64,000 bases of DNA, taken from assembly GCA_963798845.1 (NCBI GenBank), contig CAWCUS010000001.1:704001-768000 (forward strand), written 5' to 3'. Positions 9,271-18,604 of the stretch are shown here, in pieces. Positions within the stretch are counted from its first letter, which is position 1, and every line of letters starts with the position of its first letter. The translations under genes and the position numbers were made by a program. The notes beneath the pieces were generated by a model. That model searched no databases, was not told the DNA's origin, and saw only the letters and a list, made by a program, of their open reading frames with translations. The DNA is from an uncultured Gemmatimonadales bacterium (GTDB lineage Bacteria; Gemmatimonadota; Gemmatimonadetes; Longimicrobiales; RSA9).

Positions 9271-11018
9271 CCTGCGCCTTTCTGCTCCACCACGGGCCGA
9301 CGTACCACACCCCGCCTCGCCCGCCCATCCACCCGTACGCGGAGTGGCGCCGCCAGGCGCACGTGGCGCACGTGCTCGGTCTCTCGCACCACCGGCTGCC
9401 GCGCCAGCCATCCCCAGTCGATGGGGCGGCCGAGGGCGTGGCGCACCGTGAAGTACAGTACCCCGAAGCTGGAGAGGTTGTGAAAGAAGTGCGACCCCTG
9501 GCTCGGCTCCACGTCCATGTCGGGGAGCGTCGCCTCGACCAGGACCCGGGCGGAAGACACGTGGCTCCAGGACACGGGGATGCCGAGCCAGGGGTCCGAG
9601 CTGCCCCACCGCCCGAAGCCGATGAGCAGGCACTGCCGCCCCTCGTCGAGCAGCGCCGCGTTCGCCGCCGCCACCTCGCCCGCGATGAGCGACGTCCGCC
9701 TGGTCTCGAACCGGTCCGGCCGCACGTACACCACGTCCCGCAAGTCCTCGCGAACGCCGTTCCCCATCGCCGCCGTGGAGGCCAGCACGACGTCGTCGCC
9801 CTCCAGCTCGCCCACGTCCACCAACACCGCCTCACCCGGTGCGACCATCCGCCGGAGCTGCACCAGCCCGACGCGCATCCCTGGCGAGTTCGGGGTCGGC
9901 ATCGTCGCGGCCAGCTCGATCTCCACCGGCCCCTGCAGCGCCCGCCCGGACACGTCCAGCAGCCCCCGGATCACGGCGTTGAGCGGCCGCTCTCCCAGCT
10001 CCAGCAACGGCGCGAAAGTGAGCACCCTCGGGCCGTCCCGTCCGGTGCCCGCCCTCAGGCGGTCGGCGTCCGCGTCATACGTGGAGGCGAGATAGCGGAG
10101 GGAGCCGTCGGCTTCGGCGTCGGCGAGCGAGCCCTCCACCAGGTACTCCGTCTCCGCCAGCGGGTCGTACGCGGGCGGGCGACCCATGTTCACTGCCCAG
10201 AAGCGCGTCTGCGTCTCGGCCATGAGGCGCCGCACGGAAGCGAACGGCGCCGGCGCCTTCGGATGGCGAGGAGAGTACGTCCACACCACGCCGCCGTCGA
10301 CGATGGTCTTGCCCAGTCCCAGCGCCAGGTCCGCGACCCCGTCCTCCGGGCTGGCCTTCCCGATCGGATAGTAGCTGTACGACCTCGCCACGGCGGACAG
10401 CTCCGGATAGAACCGGGGGCCGTGGCGCGTCCCGACGATCTCCTGGATCATCACCGCCATCGACTCATCGCGGTCCGCCACTCCGATGGCGCGGCGGTAC
10501 GTGCGAGCGGCGGAGAAGTAGGTGGACGCGTACACGAACTTCACGGCCTCCGCCAGGCGCTGGAACCGGGCCCGGGGGTCCAGCTCCAGGTTCGGGATCA
10601 TCTTGGTCTCGTAGATCCCGGCGAACGGCTGGCCGAGCGCGTCCTCCAGCCGGCTGGACGAGCGGATGGCGAGCGGCCGGGTGGCCTCCTCCGCGACCGA
10701 CACCAGGTCTCCCAGGACCTCGCCCGGGAGGTTCGCCTGCTGGAACGCGTGCGCCACGCGTCGGTCGGAGAGCCCCGCGAGGGCCGCGGGGTCCAGATGA
10801 TTGCGCTCGAGGAAGGCGTCGAAGGAATCCGTCGCCAGCACCACCAGCCGGGGGATGGCGACCACGACCCCGGGGTAGGCGTCTTTCAGGTCGCCGGCGC
10901 CGGCCGCATGGGCGCGCAGCAGACCTTCCGCCTTCCCACCCAGGCCGCCTCCACCGATCCGGGAGAAAACATCCCCGGATCGGAAGAAGCGGCGATCGAA
11001 TGCGGGGACCAGCCCCAT
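9267..11018 (-). CDS. PEP/pyruvate-binding (PPDK N-terminal-like) domain protein
   Basis: IGGGGLGGKAEGL, LAIRSSSRLED..FAGIYET, LGLGKTIVDGG, GRWGSSDPWLGIPV, PSQGSHFFHNL. Confidence 0.85.
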   Translation of the reverse strand: MGLVPAFDRRFFRSGDVFSRIGGGGLGGKAEGLLRAHAAGAGDLKDAYPGVVVAIPRLVVLATDSFDAFLERNHLDPAALAGLSDRRVAHAFQQANLPGEVLGDLVSVAEEATRPLAIRSSSRLEDALGQPFAGIYETKMIPNLELDPRARFQRLAEAVKFVYASTYFSAARTYRRAIGVADRDESMAVMIQEIVGTRHGPRFYPELSAVARSYSYYPIGKASPEDGVADLALGLGKTIVDGGVVWTYSPRHPKAPAPFASVRRLMAETQTRFWAVNMGRPPAYDPLAETEYLVEGSLADAEADGSLRYLASTYDADADRLRAGTGRDGPRVLTFAPLLELGERPLNAVIRGLLDVSGRALQGPVEIELAATMPTPNSPGMRVGLVQLRRMVAPGEAVLVDVGELEGDDVVLASTAAMGNGVREDLRDVVYVRPDRFETRRTSLIAGEVAAANAALLDEGRQCLLIGFGRWGSSDPWLGIPVSWSHVSSARVLVEATLPDMDVEPSQGSHFFHNLSSFGVLYFTVRHALGRPIDWGWLARQPVVRETEHVRHVRLAAPLRVRVDGRARRGVVRRPVVEQKGAG

Positions 11019-11043
11019 GGGCGCTTCCGCGCGGGGTTGAAGC

Positions 11044-12360
11044 CTAGACCCAGCCGCGATCCCGGCAGGCCTGTGCCACGCGGTCCACGGCGATGACGTA
11101 GGCCGCGTCGCGCGTGGTCAGGTTCTGCTGCTTCGCCACCTCGCTCACGGCAATGAACGCGGAGGTCATCTTCACATCCAGCTTGCCCAGGACCTCGTCG
11201 CGCTCCCAGAAGTAGTTCATGTTGCTCTGCACCTGCTCGAAATAGCTGGTGGTCACACCACCCGCGTTGGCCAGCAGGTCGGGGATCACGAACACCCCGC
11301 GCTCGTGGAGCACCTGGTCCGCCTCCGGGCTGGTCGGCCCGTTCGCTCCCTCGGCAATGATCTTCACCCGCGACGGGATCAGACCCACGTTGTCGGCGTG
11401 GATCTGGTTCTCGAGCGCCGCCGGGATCAGAATGTCCACGTCCTGCGCCAGCCATTCGTCCCCGTCCAGCACCTCGTAGCCCAGCTCCTTCGCCTTCGCC
11501 TTGTCGATCCCGCCGAAGCGGTCGGCGATTCCCTGCAACTCCGCCAGATCCACCCCGCTCTCACGGCGGAAGGCGTAGCTGACCTGGTCCGCCTGGTCCC
11601 ACGAGCTCACGCAGATCACCTTGCCGCCCAGCTGCGTGTAGAGCTCGATGGCGTACTGAGCCACGTTGCCGAAGCCCTGCAGGCTCGCCACCGTGCCTTC
11701 CGCCTCCTTCCCGAGCTCCCGCAGCGCTTCCCGGATCGTGAAGATGACGCCGTACCCCGTGGCCTCCTTCCGACCCAGGCTCCCGCCCAGTCCCACCGGC
11801 TTCCCCGTGATGAAACCGGGCAGCCGCTGACCGTGGATCACCTCGAACTCGTCCAGCATCCAGAGCATGTGCTGCGGCGTGGTCATCACATCCGGCGCCG
11901 GCACGTCCTGCGTCGGGCCCACGTCCCGGGCGATCTGCCGAACCCAGCCGCGCGAGATCAGCTCCTGCTCCCGCATGCTCAGGTCGTGCGGATCGCAGAT
12001 CACTCCGCCCTTCCCCCCGCCAAGCGGGATGTCCACCACCGCGCACTTCCACGTCATCCACATTGCCAGCGCACGGACCGTGTCCAGGCTCTCCTGTGGA
12101 TGGAACCGGATGCCTCCCTTGCTCGGGCCGCGCGCGTCGTTGTGCTGCACGCGGAATCCGCGGAACACGCGGACGCTGCCGTCGTCCATGCGGACCGGAA
12201 TCGCGAAAATGTGCTCCCGAAGCGGCCATCGGAGCAGATCCCGCGTGCTCGCCTCCAGCTCCAGGAGGTCCGCAATGCGGTCGAACTGCGCCTGAGCCAT
12301 CTCGAACGAGTTGTAGGCTCGAGTGCTCTTCTTCATATATAGAGTCTTCGGCGTGCTCAT
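11044..12360 (-). CDS. gdhA: Glu/Leu/Phe/Val dehydrogenase (glutamate dehydrogenase)
   Basis: RVQHNDARGPSKGGIRFHP, MTWKC..GGGKGG, DVPAPD, ITGKP..GGSLGR, GFGNV, EGANGP, PDLLANAGGV. Confidence 0.92.
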   Translation of the reverse strand: MSTPKTLYMKKSTRAYNSFEMAQAQFDRIADLLELEASTRDLLRWPLREHIFAIPVRMDDGSVRVFRGFRVQHNDARGPSKGGIRFHPQESLDTVRALAMWMTWKCAVVDIPLGGGKGGVICDPHDLSMREQELISRGWVRQIARDVGPTQDVPAPDVMTTPQHMLWMLDEFEVIHGQRLPGFITGKPVGLGGSLGRKEATGYGVIFTIREALRELGKEAEGTVASLQGFGNVAQYAIELYTQLGGKVICVSSWDQADQVSYAFRRESGVDLAELQGIADRFGGIDKAKAKELGYEVLDGDEWLAQDVDILIPAALENQIHADNVGLIPSRVKIIAEGANGPTSPEADQVLHERGVFVIPDLLANAGGVTTSYFEQVQSNMNYFWERDEVLGKLDVKMTSAFIAVSEVAKQQNLTTRDAAYVIAVDRVAQACRDRGWV

Positions 12361-12687
12361 GAGTTGTGTTGTCCCCTCCCCCTCCGCCCAGCCCGTTGCA
12401 AAATAGCCCGACCCCCCGGGGCCGCATAGTAGGGAAATCCCCACATTCATGCTCGAACCCCAATGCCCCCGAGCCGCAGCCTCGGCCGCCCGGGCCGGGG
12501 CCTGCCACGCGTGTCCCGCGTTTTCTCTCCACCCGGAGAGATCGCGGGCTGCCGCGTATTGGCTTAACTCGTTGCATCACAAGATCTTAGGCCACAGGAT
12601 ACTGCAACGTGATCTCTCCAGGTGGAGAGACTTTCGGACCCGCGGCCCGGTCCCGGCCCCGCGTCGGCCCGCGCATCGTGCCGGGGC

Positions 12688-12717
12688 TTGCAAGTCCCGC
12701 CCGAGCACGCCCATCCT
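12688..12717 (+). promoter_or_regulatory. Candidate sigma70-type promoter for yhbY
   Basis: TTGCAA-N18-CATCCT about 50 nt upstream of the proposed start. Confidence 0.35.
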
Positions 12718-12766
12718 TCCGGGACGCTCCTCGCGGGGCGCGACGAACCCCGACCCGGAGGTACCC

Positions 12767-13069
12767 ATCGACGGCCTGAGCTCGAAGCAACGTGCGCACC
12801 TGCGCGCCCTGGCGCACCACCTGAAGCCAGTGCTCCAGGTGGGGGCCGACGGCGTCACCGAGGCAGTGGCGGACGCGGTGCGGGACGCGCTGAACACGCG
12901 CGAGCTGCTGAAGGTGAAGGTGCTCGAGAGCTCGCCGCTCGACGCGCGCGCCGCGGCGGAGGAGCTGACCGGGCGAATCGACGGCGCGCACGTGCCGCAG
13001 GTGATCGGACGCACGGTGGTTCTCTACCGCCGTCACCCTGAGTCTCCGGAGATCCGGCTCCCGGACTGA
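12767..13069 (+). CDS. yhbY: YhbY/CRM-domain RNA-binding protein, probable non-canonical ATC start
   Basis: LSSKQRAHLRALAHHLKPVLQVG..ELLKVKVL..QVIGRTVVLYR; GGAGG at 12757-12761, 5 nt before in-frame ATC. Confidence 0.85.
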   Translation: MDGLSSKQRAHLRALAHHLKPVLQVGADGVTEAVADAVRDALNTRELLKVKVLESSPLDARAAAEELTGRIDGAHVPQVIGRTVVLYRRHPESPEIRLPD

Positions 13070-13188
13070 CCACCCGCGGGCGTCCCGCGGGCACGGCTCC
13101 TGCCTCCCGCTTCGGCCGCACACCGCGTTGCGGCCCGCCCGGTCATGCGATTCCGCAGCGCGCGAGACGGTTCAACGAAGCGGAGTCC

Positions 13189-15876
13189 ATGACAGTCAAG
13201 CAGATCGCCGGCGCGCTGGCCGCGCTCCTTTTCACGGCCGGGGTCCCGGTCGGGGCGGCGGCTCAGGGTCGTGTCCGGCCACCGCCCGCTCCGACCCAGG
13301 ACACGGTGGTGGCCGCGCCGGGGCCGCGCTACGCTGCCGGCGGGCTGCATCGTCTGCTGCTGGGGGACGATTGGCGGGAGCTGTGGCGGACGCCTCTGAC
13401 GCTGCCGGTGCTGGACATCGAAACGTTCGCCGGAGGGCTGAAGCCGGAGGAGGAGGGCGGCGGCAACCAGTCGATCACGCTGCACATGGAGGACGGGAGG
13501 GGCCGGGAATGGATCTTCCGCTCCGTGGACAAGTATCCGGGCGAGAAGCTGGAGACGGGCGGTCTGGTCCGGTGGGTCGCGTCCGACCAGGTCAGCGCAC
13601 TCCATCCCGCGGGGCAGCTGGTGGTGCCCACGCTGCTCGACGCGCTCGACCTCCTCCACGTCGTGCCGACCTTTTACGTCATGCCCGATGACCCCGGTCT
13701 GGGGAAGTTCCGCGAACGCTTCGCCGGCATGATCGGCGCGCTCGAGCTGGTCCCGAACGAGGGCGAGGACGACTCGCCCGGCTTCGCGGGATCGAAGAAG
13801 ATCGCGAAGACGCGGACGCTCCTGGACCACATGCGGGAGAGTCCGCTCCACAGGGTGGACGAGCGCGAGCTGTTCCGCGCCCGTCTCCTCGACTTCATCA
13901 TCGGCGACACGGACCGTGGCACCGACCAGTGGCGCTGGGCCCGGTTCCCGGACCCGTCCCGCGCGAACGGCTACCTGTGGCGCCCGATTCCACGCGACCG
14001 AGACTGGGCGTTCGTCTCCGGCGACGGCCTGGTCGGTCCCGCCCTCGCCCTCATCTACCCGAAGCACGTCCGCTACGGGGCCGGCTACGCCGACCTCTCC
14101 GCCTACACCTTCACCTCCCACGTCATGGACCGTCGCGTCCTGACCTCCCTCACCCGCGCCGACGCGGAAGCGGAGGTGGCCCGTGTGGAGGCTGCGCTCA
14201 CCGACTCCGTGATCAAAGCCGCCGTCGCCCACCTCCCGTCGCGCTATCCGGCGTCGCATCGAGGACGGTTGATCCGGACCATGGAGGTGCGACGGGACCG
14301 GCTCCCCCGCATTGCCGAGGCTTACTACGACTGGCTCGCCGCCGCCGTCGACGTGCGCAGCACCGACCAGCCGGACCTTGCCGAGGCGGTACGGCGCGAC
14401 GACGGGAGTGTCGAGCTGAGCCTCTACCTCCGCACGGGGGCCGAGGACGCCGGCCGCGCGGCGGAGCCGTATTACCACCGTGTCTTCGACCCCGCCGACA
14501 CCCGGGAGGTGCGCGTCCACCTCCGCGCAGGAGACGACCGTGCAGTCGTACGCGGGCCTTCGGAGGACGACATCGCCCTCCGCTTCATGGGCGACGCCGG
14601 CGATGACATCCTCGTCGACTCCACGGGCGGCGACGCCGTCCACTTCTACGACGCCCGCGGCGAGAACCGGTTTCGGACGGCGCCCGAGACCACCGTCAGC
14701 ACGAAGCACTGGTATCCGCCGCCGATCCCCGAAGGCGTGCGCCTCGGCAGCGACTGGTCGCCCGACTTCGGTCAGACGCTCGGCTGGAGACCTGACGCCG
14801 ACTACGGCGAGCACGCCGGCGTGATCATCGGGTTCGGTCCACGCTGGACGAAGTACGGGTTCCGCCGCCTCCCCCACGAGTGGCAGGTGGGCGGCACAGC
14901 GCTGTTCGCCCTCGGCGACCTCCGCCCCGGCGCTCGCGCCTTCGTCGACTGGCGCCCGGAGAACTCCCTCAACTCCGTCCACGTCGACGCGCGCTGGAGC
15001 GCCTTCGACGCCATCCGCTGGTTCGGCCCCGGCAACGACAGTCGCAAGCTCGACGACGATCTGTCCCTCGTCCCCCTTCGACGCGTCACCGTTCGCCCCG
15101 ACCTCGTGCTTCGCTGGGGGACCTGGCGCGCGGAGACCGACCCGGACTCCCTCGTCATCAACGAGGCAGCCATCACCGACGAGACGCCGCCCGGGTTCCG
15201 CGCCTCCCTCGCCCTCGGTCCCCTGATCTCCTTCACCGACCCAGCACCCCGCTCACCCGGCACCGGCTCCGACGACGTCATCCCCGGCGGCGCACCCTTC
15301 GACAACGGCGACCCCATCGGCTCCGACCCCGTGTACCAGGCCGGCGCCAGCGCCCGCTTCGACATCCGTCGCACCGACCGCGACTTCGCTCCCCGCAGCG
15401 GCTACGACCTCTCCGCTACCGCGGAAGGCTTCCCCGGCATCGGCTCGGGCGGCGCTTCCGCTCACGCCGCGGCCGTCCTCCGCGCCTATCTCCCGGCCGG
15501 CCCCGTCGTCCTCGCGTCACGCGTCGGCGCCGCACGCGCGCTGGGCGACTTCACAGCCTGGAACGCCGCCGCAATCGGAGGCCGCGCCACCCTCCGCGGC
15601 CACCGCTTCATGCGTTTCGCCGGCGACGCAGCCGCCTACGGCAGCGTCGAGCTCCGCCTCCCCCTCGCCACCATCCCCTTCATCGTCCGCGGCGACCTCG
15701 GCATCCTCGGACTCGCCGATGCCGGCCGCGTCTGGGACCACGGCCACTCCCCCGGCGGCTTCCACACCGCCGTCGGCGGCGGAATCTGGTTCGCCGGAGC
15801 CGGCCAGGCCGTCTCCCTGTACTATGCCCACGGCGAGCGCGGCAGCCTCTACCTCTCCCTCGGCATGCCCTTCTGA
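13189..15876 (+). CDS. Exported protein: kinase-like N-terminal region plus C-terminal Omp85/BamA-TamA-like beta-barrel
   Basis: Signal peptide; DFIIGDTDRGTDQW and PIPRDRDWAF motifs; IGGRATLRGH..RFAGD, DAGRVW; terminal YLSLGMPF. Confidence 0.7.
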   Translation: MTVKQIAGALAALLFTAGVPVGAAAQGRVRPPPAPTQDTVVAAPGPRYAAGGLHRLLLGDDWRELWRTPLTLPVLDIETFAGGLKPEEEGGGNQSITLHMEDGRGREWIFRSVDKYPGEKLETGGLVRWVASDQVSALHPAGQLVVPTLLDALDLLHVVPTFYVMPDDPGLGKFRERFAGMIGALELVPNEGEDDSPGFAGSKKIAKTRTLLDHMRESPLHRVDERELFRARLLDFIIGDTDRGTDQWRWARFPDPSRANGYLWRPIPRDRDWAFVSGDGLVGPALALIYPKHVRYGAGYADLSAYTFTSHVMDRRVLTSLTRADAEAEVARVEAALTDSVIKAAVAHLPSRYPASHRGRLIRTMEVRRDRLPRIAEAYYDWLAAAVDVRSTDQPDLAEAVRRDDGSVELSLYLRTGAEDAGRAAEPYYHRVFDPADTREVRVHLRAGDDRAVVRGPSEDDIALRFMGDAGDDILVDSTGGDAVHFYDARGENRFRTAPETTVSTKHWYPPPIPEGVRLGSDWSPDFGQTLGWRPDADYGEHAGVIIGFGPRWTKYGFRRLPHEWQVGGTALFALGDLRPGARAFVDWRPENSLNSVHVDARWSAFDAIRWFGPGNDSRKLDDDLSLVPLRRVTVRPDLVLRWGTWRAETDPDSLVINEAAITDETPPGFRASLALGPLISFTDPAPRSPGTGSDDVIPGGAPFDNGDPIGSDPVYQAGASARFDIRRTDRDFAPRSGYDLSATAEGFPGIGSGGASAHAAAVLRAYLPAGPVVLASRVGAARALGDFTAWNAAAIGGRATLRGHRFMRFAGDAAAYGSVELRLPLATIPFIVRGDLGILGLADAGRVWDHGHSPGGFHTAVGGGIWFAGAGQAVSLYYAHGERGSLYLSLGMPF

Positions 15877-16060
15877 CCCCTCTGCGAGGGCGAAGCCCGA
15901 CCCCCTCTGCGAGGCCGAATGGCCGAGCCCCTCTGCGAGGCCGAATGGCCGAGCCCCTCTGCGAGGCCGAATGGCCGAGCCCCTCTGCGAGGGCGAAGCC
16001 CGAGCCCCTCTGCGAGGCCGAATGGCCGAGCCCCTCTGCGAGGCCGAATGGCCGAGCCCC
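15877..16060 (+). repeat. Tandem array of 7 palindromic units (25-26 nt), same family as the arrays at 29.8 and 30.4 kb
   Basis: 2x CCCCTCTGCGAGGGCGAAGCCCGA(C/G) and 5x CCCCTCTGCGAGGCCGAATGGCCGAG, starting at the base after the stop codon. Confidence 0.95.
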
Positions 16061-16141
16061 GTGGAACCTTTCCCGCCCCCAGTGTACTACTCCCCCGTTA
16101 TACAACGGCCGGTCAACCAGTCATATGCCGGGGGGGAAGAC

Positions 16142-16477
16142 ATGGCGGAGAACGTGATGGAGCTCGAGGACGCGCAGTTCGCCGACGAAGTCGAGACGGG
16201 CGAGGGCGTGGTGGTGGTGGATTTCTGGGCGCCGTGGTGCGCACCTTGCCGGTTGGTGGCGCCGGTGATCGAGGCGCTGGCGGCGGAATACGAGGGCCGG
16301 GTGCGGTTCGCGAAGGTCAACGTGGACGAGAGTCCGTCGGTTGCATCGCGATACGGGATCCGGTCGATCCCGACGATCGGGATCTTCAAGGACGGCGAGG
16401 CGGTGAACGGGGTTGTGGGTGCGGTGCCGAAGCAGGTGCTGATCCAGGCCATCGAGGAGGTGCTGAGCGCGAACTGA
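16142..16477 (+). CDS. trxA: Thioredoxin
   Basis: VVDFWAPWCAPCR, KVNVDE, GIRSIPT. Confidence 0.95.
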   Translation: MAENVMELEDAQFADEVETGEGVVVVDFWAPWCAPCRLVAPVIEALAAEYEGRVRFAKVNVDESPSVASRYGIRSIPTIGIFKDGEAVNGVVGAVPKQVLIQAIEEVLSAN

Positions 16478-16497
16478 GCGTCGGCTCGTCGACCGGA

Positions 16498-16536
16498 AGA
16501 AGAGGGGCGCCCGCAGGTCGCGGGCGCCCTTCTCAT
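16498..16536 (+). terminator. Stem-loop after trxA
   Basis: AGAGGGGCGCCCGC-AGGTC-GCGGGCGCCCTTCT inverted repeat. Confidence 0.6.
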
Positions 16537-16558
16537 TGCGCGAGGACGGTGAGGCGGC

Positions 16559-16975
16559 GTGGCGAACCCGACGTTCGGGATCGAGGAGGAATACCAGCTC
16601 GTGGATCCGGGTACGGGAGGGCTGCCCAGCGGGGCCGTTCACGTGCTCCGCTCCTCGTGGACCGACGACCCGTCCTGCCGCTCGGTGATCCAGCGGCGCC
16701 TCCCGCTCACGGGACCGCCGCCGGCGCCCGCTTCCGGCGCCGAATACGAAGCGCTCGTGGAAGGCCTCATTGACGCCGGCGTGCTGCCGGACGCCCACAC
16801 CGTGTACTGGAGCGTCCGCCTCAGCCCCGTCCACCCGACCGTCGTGGGCCGCGGGAACGCGGCGGACCGGCAGCGTGAGCTCCGGTCGGGTGGCCGGGAC
16901 ATGCGGGGGCTGGTAGACTGGCTGCGGGCGGAGAGCCAGCTCGGCCTCAGCTCGGTTTCCGATGGCCCCACCTGA
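16559..16975 (+). pseudogene. Internally deleted YbdK/GCS2-type carboxylate-amine ligase remnant
   Basis: TFGIEEEYQLVDP, RLPLTGPPP, YWSVR..HPTV and GNAADRQ motifs compressed into 138 aa. Confidence 0.7.
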
Positions 16976-17006
16976 ACACGCGCCGCGACAGCGGGTACTG
17001 CGACGA

Positions 17007-18103
17007 ATGTCGAGCGAACCGACGGGCGAAGGGTTGAGCGGAGCCGGGCGCAAGCGGTGGAACTGGCGCAGCCGCATCCACATCCTGCCCGTTCTCTCCC
17101 TCGCGCTGGGGATCGGCGTGGCCGCCGTGGTGGCGGCGCGCGCCGGCGCCAGCGTCGCCGACGTGATGCGGGCGCTCCCCGCCAACGCTCACATCCTGGC
17201 GCTCGCGGTGATGGCGGTGGAGCTCGGCGCCCGGGGCACCCGGTGGGTGCTCCTGGCCCGAGGGGTAGGCGTTCGGCTCCCCTTCAGGACGTCGATCCTG
17301 GCCCAGCTCGCGGGCGAGGCGGCCGGCGCGGTGACGCCGTCGCGCATGGGGACGGAGCCCGCCAAGATCGCCATAGCGACGCGCAACTCCATCACGGTTG
17401 CGGGCGTGAGCGCCATCCTGGCCGGCGAGCTGCTGGCGGAAGCGTCCATGCTCATGCTGACCGTGCTGGCGCTGAGCACGGTCGTGCCCGCGGGAGAGCG
17501 CCTGCCGGTGCTGGGCGTCCTGCTCTACGCGTCCCTGATGGCGACCGGGGCGCTGAGCGTGGTGCTGCTGGCCCGCGCGAGGCCCGGGCGCGAGACACCG
17601 GGCTGGTGGACCCGCCTCCACCTCTCGGAGCGACGGTGGCGCCAGCTGCGCGTCACGTCGCACCACCTCCGCTACCGCGTGAAGCGGCTCCGCCGGCTGT
17701 CGGGAACGGCCATCGCGGGCGTTCTGCTGGTCACTGCCGTCCACATCGGGGCGCGAGTGGCGGTCCTGCCGGCCATGGCCAGCACGGTCGAGACGCCCAC
17801 CTCCGTGCTCCCGCTCGTCACCTGGCCGCTCTTCTTCTTCTACGCCGGGACCCTCGTGCCCAGCCCGGGGGGGGCGGCACCATCGAGCTCGGCTTCGCCC
17901 ACATGCTCGGCGGGTTCCTCACCGCCCGCTCCATGGTCGGGCTCCTGGTCTGGTGGCGCTTCTATACCTTCTATCTCGGCGCCATGATCGGCGGGATCGC
18001 GGTGGCCGTGACCGGGCTGCGCGGTCGCGCGCGCCGGCGCCGCGCCCGGGCCCTCGCCCGTGCGCTGGAGAACGCCGAAGACCCGGCGGGCGAGCTCGCC
18101 TAG
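17007..18103 (+). pseudogene. Lysylphosphatidylglycerol synthase TM / UPF0104 flippase-like membrane protein, frameshifted at a G8 run
   Basis: AVTPSRMGTEP..PSPGG in one frame, GGGTIELGF..LVWWRFYTFYL in another; switch at G-run 17867-17874. Confidence 0.75.
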
Positions 18104-18109
18104 CGCCTC

Positions 18110-18604
18110 CTAGCGGACCACCGGCGGCGCGTAGGCCTCGCCCACCGGCAGCTTCCCCGTCGCGCCCAGGATCCAGCGGAAGCAGCGGTGCGCCACGTCG
18201 ACGGGCTCCAGGAACATCATCGGGCAGCCGCCGTCGAGGAGCGCGAGCCCCCGCTCACGGGCGACCGCGACGGCATCGTCGGCAACGCTCCCGGCGCCGA
18301 ACGAGCGGTGCAGCCAGACACGGGGGATACCCCGGTCGGCGCACGCGGCGACCACCTCGGCGGCGGCGGCCGGGTGCGTCGCGACGACGACACCCTCGAC
18401 CCCGTCCGGCAGGTCGTCGATGGATCGGTAGCAGCGCTCCCCCTCCACCTCGTCGGCGTTCGGGTTTACCGGGAAGACCTCGTAGCCCTCCTTCCTCAAG
18501 CGTCGCCAGATGATGGTCGCGGCGGTGTCGCCCGAGCGGGAGACTCCGGCCACGGCCAGTCTGCGGTGGGAGAGGAACTCCGCTGCGGCCTCCTTCAGCT
18601 TCAT
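18110..18604 (-). CDS. CoA-binding protein
   Basis: RLAVAGVSR, GYEVFPVNPNA, RVWLHRSFGAGSV, GCPMMF. Confidence 0.85.
   Translation of the reverse strand: MKLKEAAAEFLSHRRLAVAGVSRSGDTAATIIWRRLRKEGYEVFPVNPNADEVEGERCYRSIDDLPDGVEGVVVATHPAAAAEVVAACADRGIPRVWLHRSFGAGSVADDAVAVARERGLALLDGGCPMMFLEPVDVAHRCFRWILGATGKLPVGEAYAPPVVR

Noticed and set aside
6460..11018. Annotation as ppsA/ppdK
   Set aside because: No phospho-histidine domain or C-terminal PEP/pyruvate barrel recognised in either protein.
12559..12610. Possible sigma54 sites in the gdh-yhbY intergenic region (TTGGCTTAACTCGTTGCA)
   Set aside because: GG-to-GC spacing is 11-12 nt instead of the required 10.
12449..12766. 106-aa N-terminal extension of YhbY in the ORF track
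   Set aside because: Spans the divergent promoter region, lacks gene-like composition and an RBS; the RBS lies at 12757.
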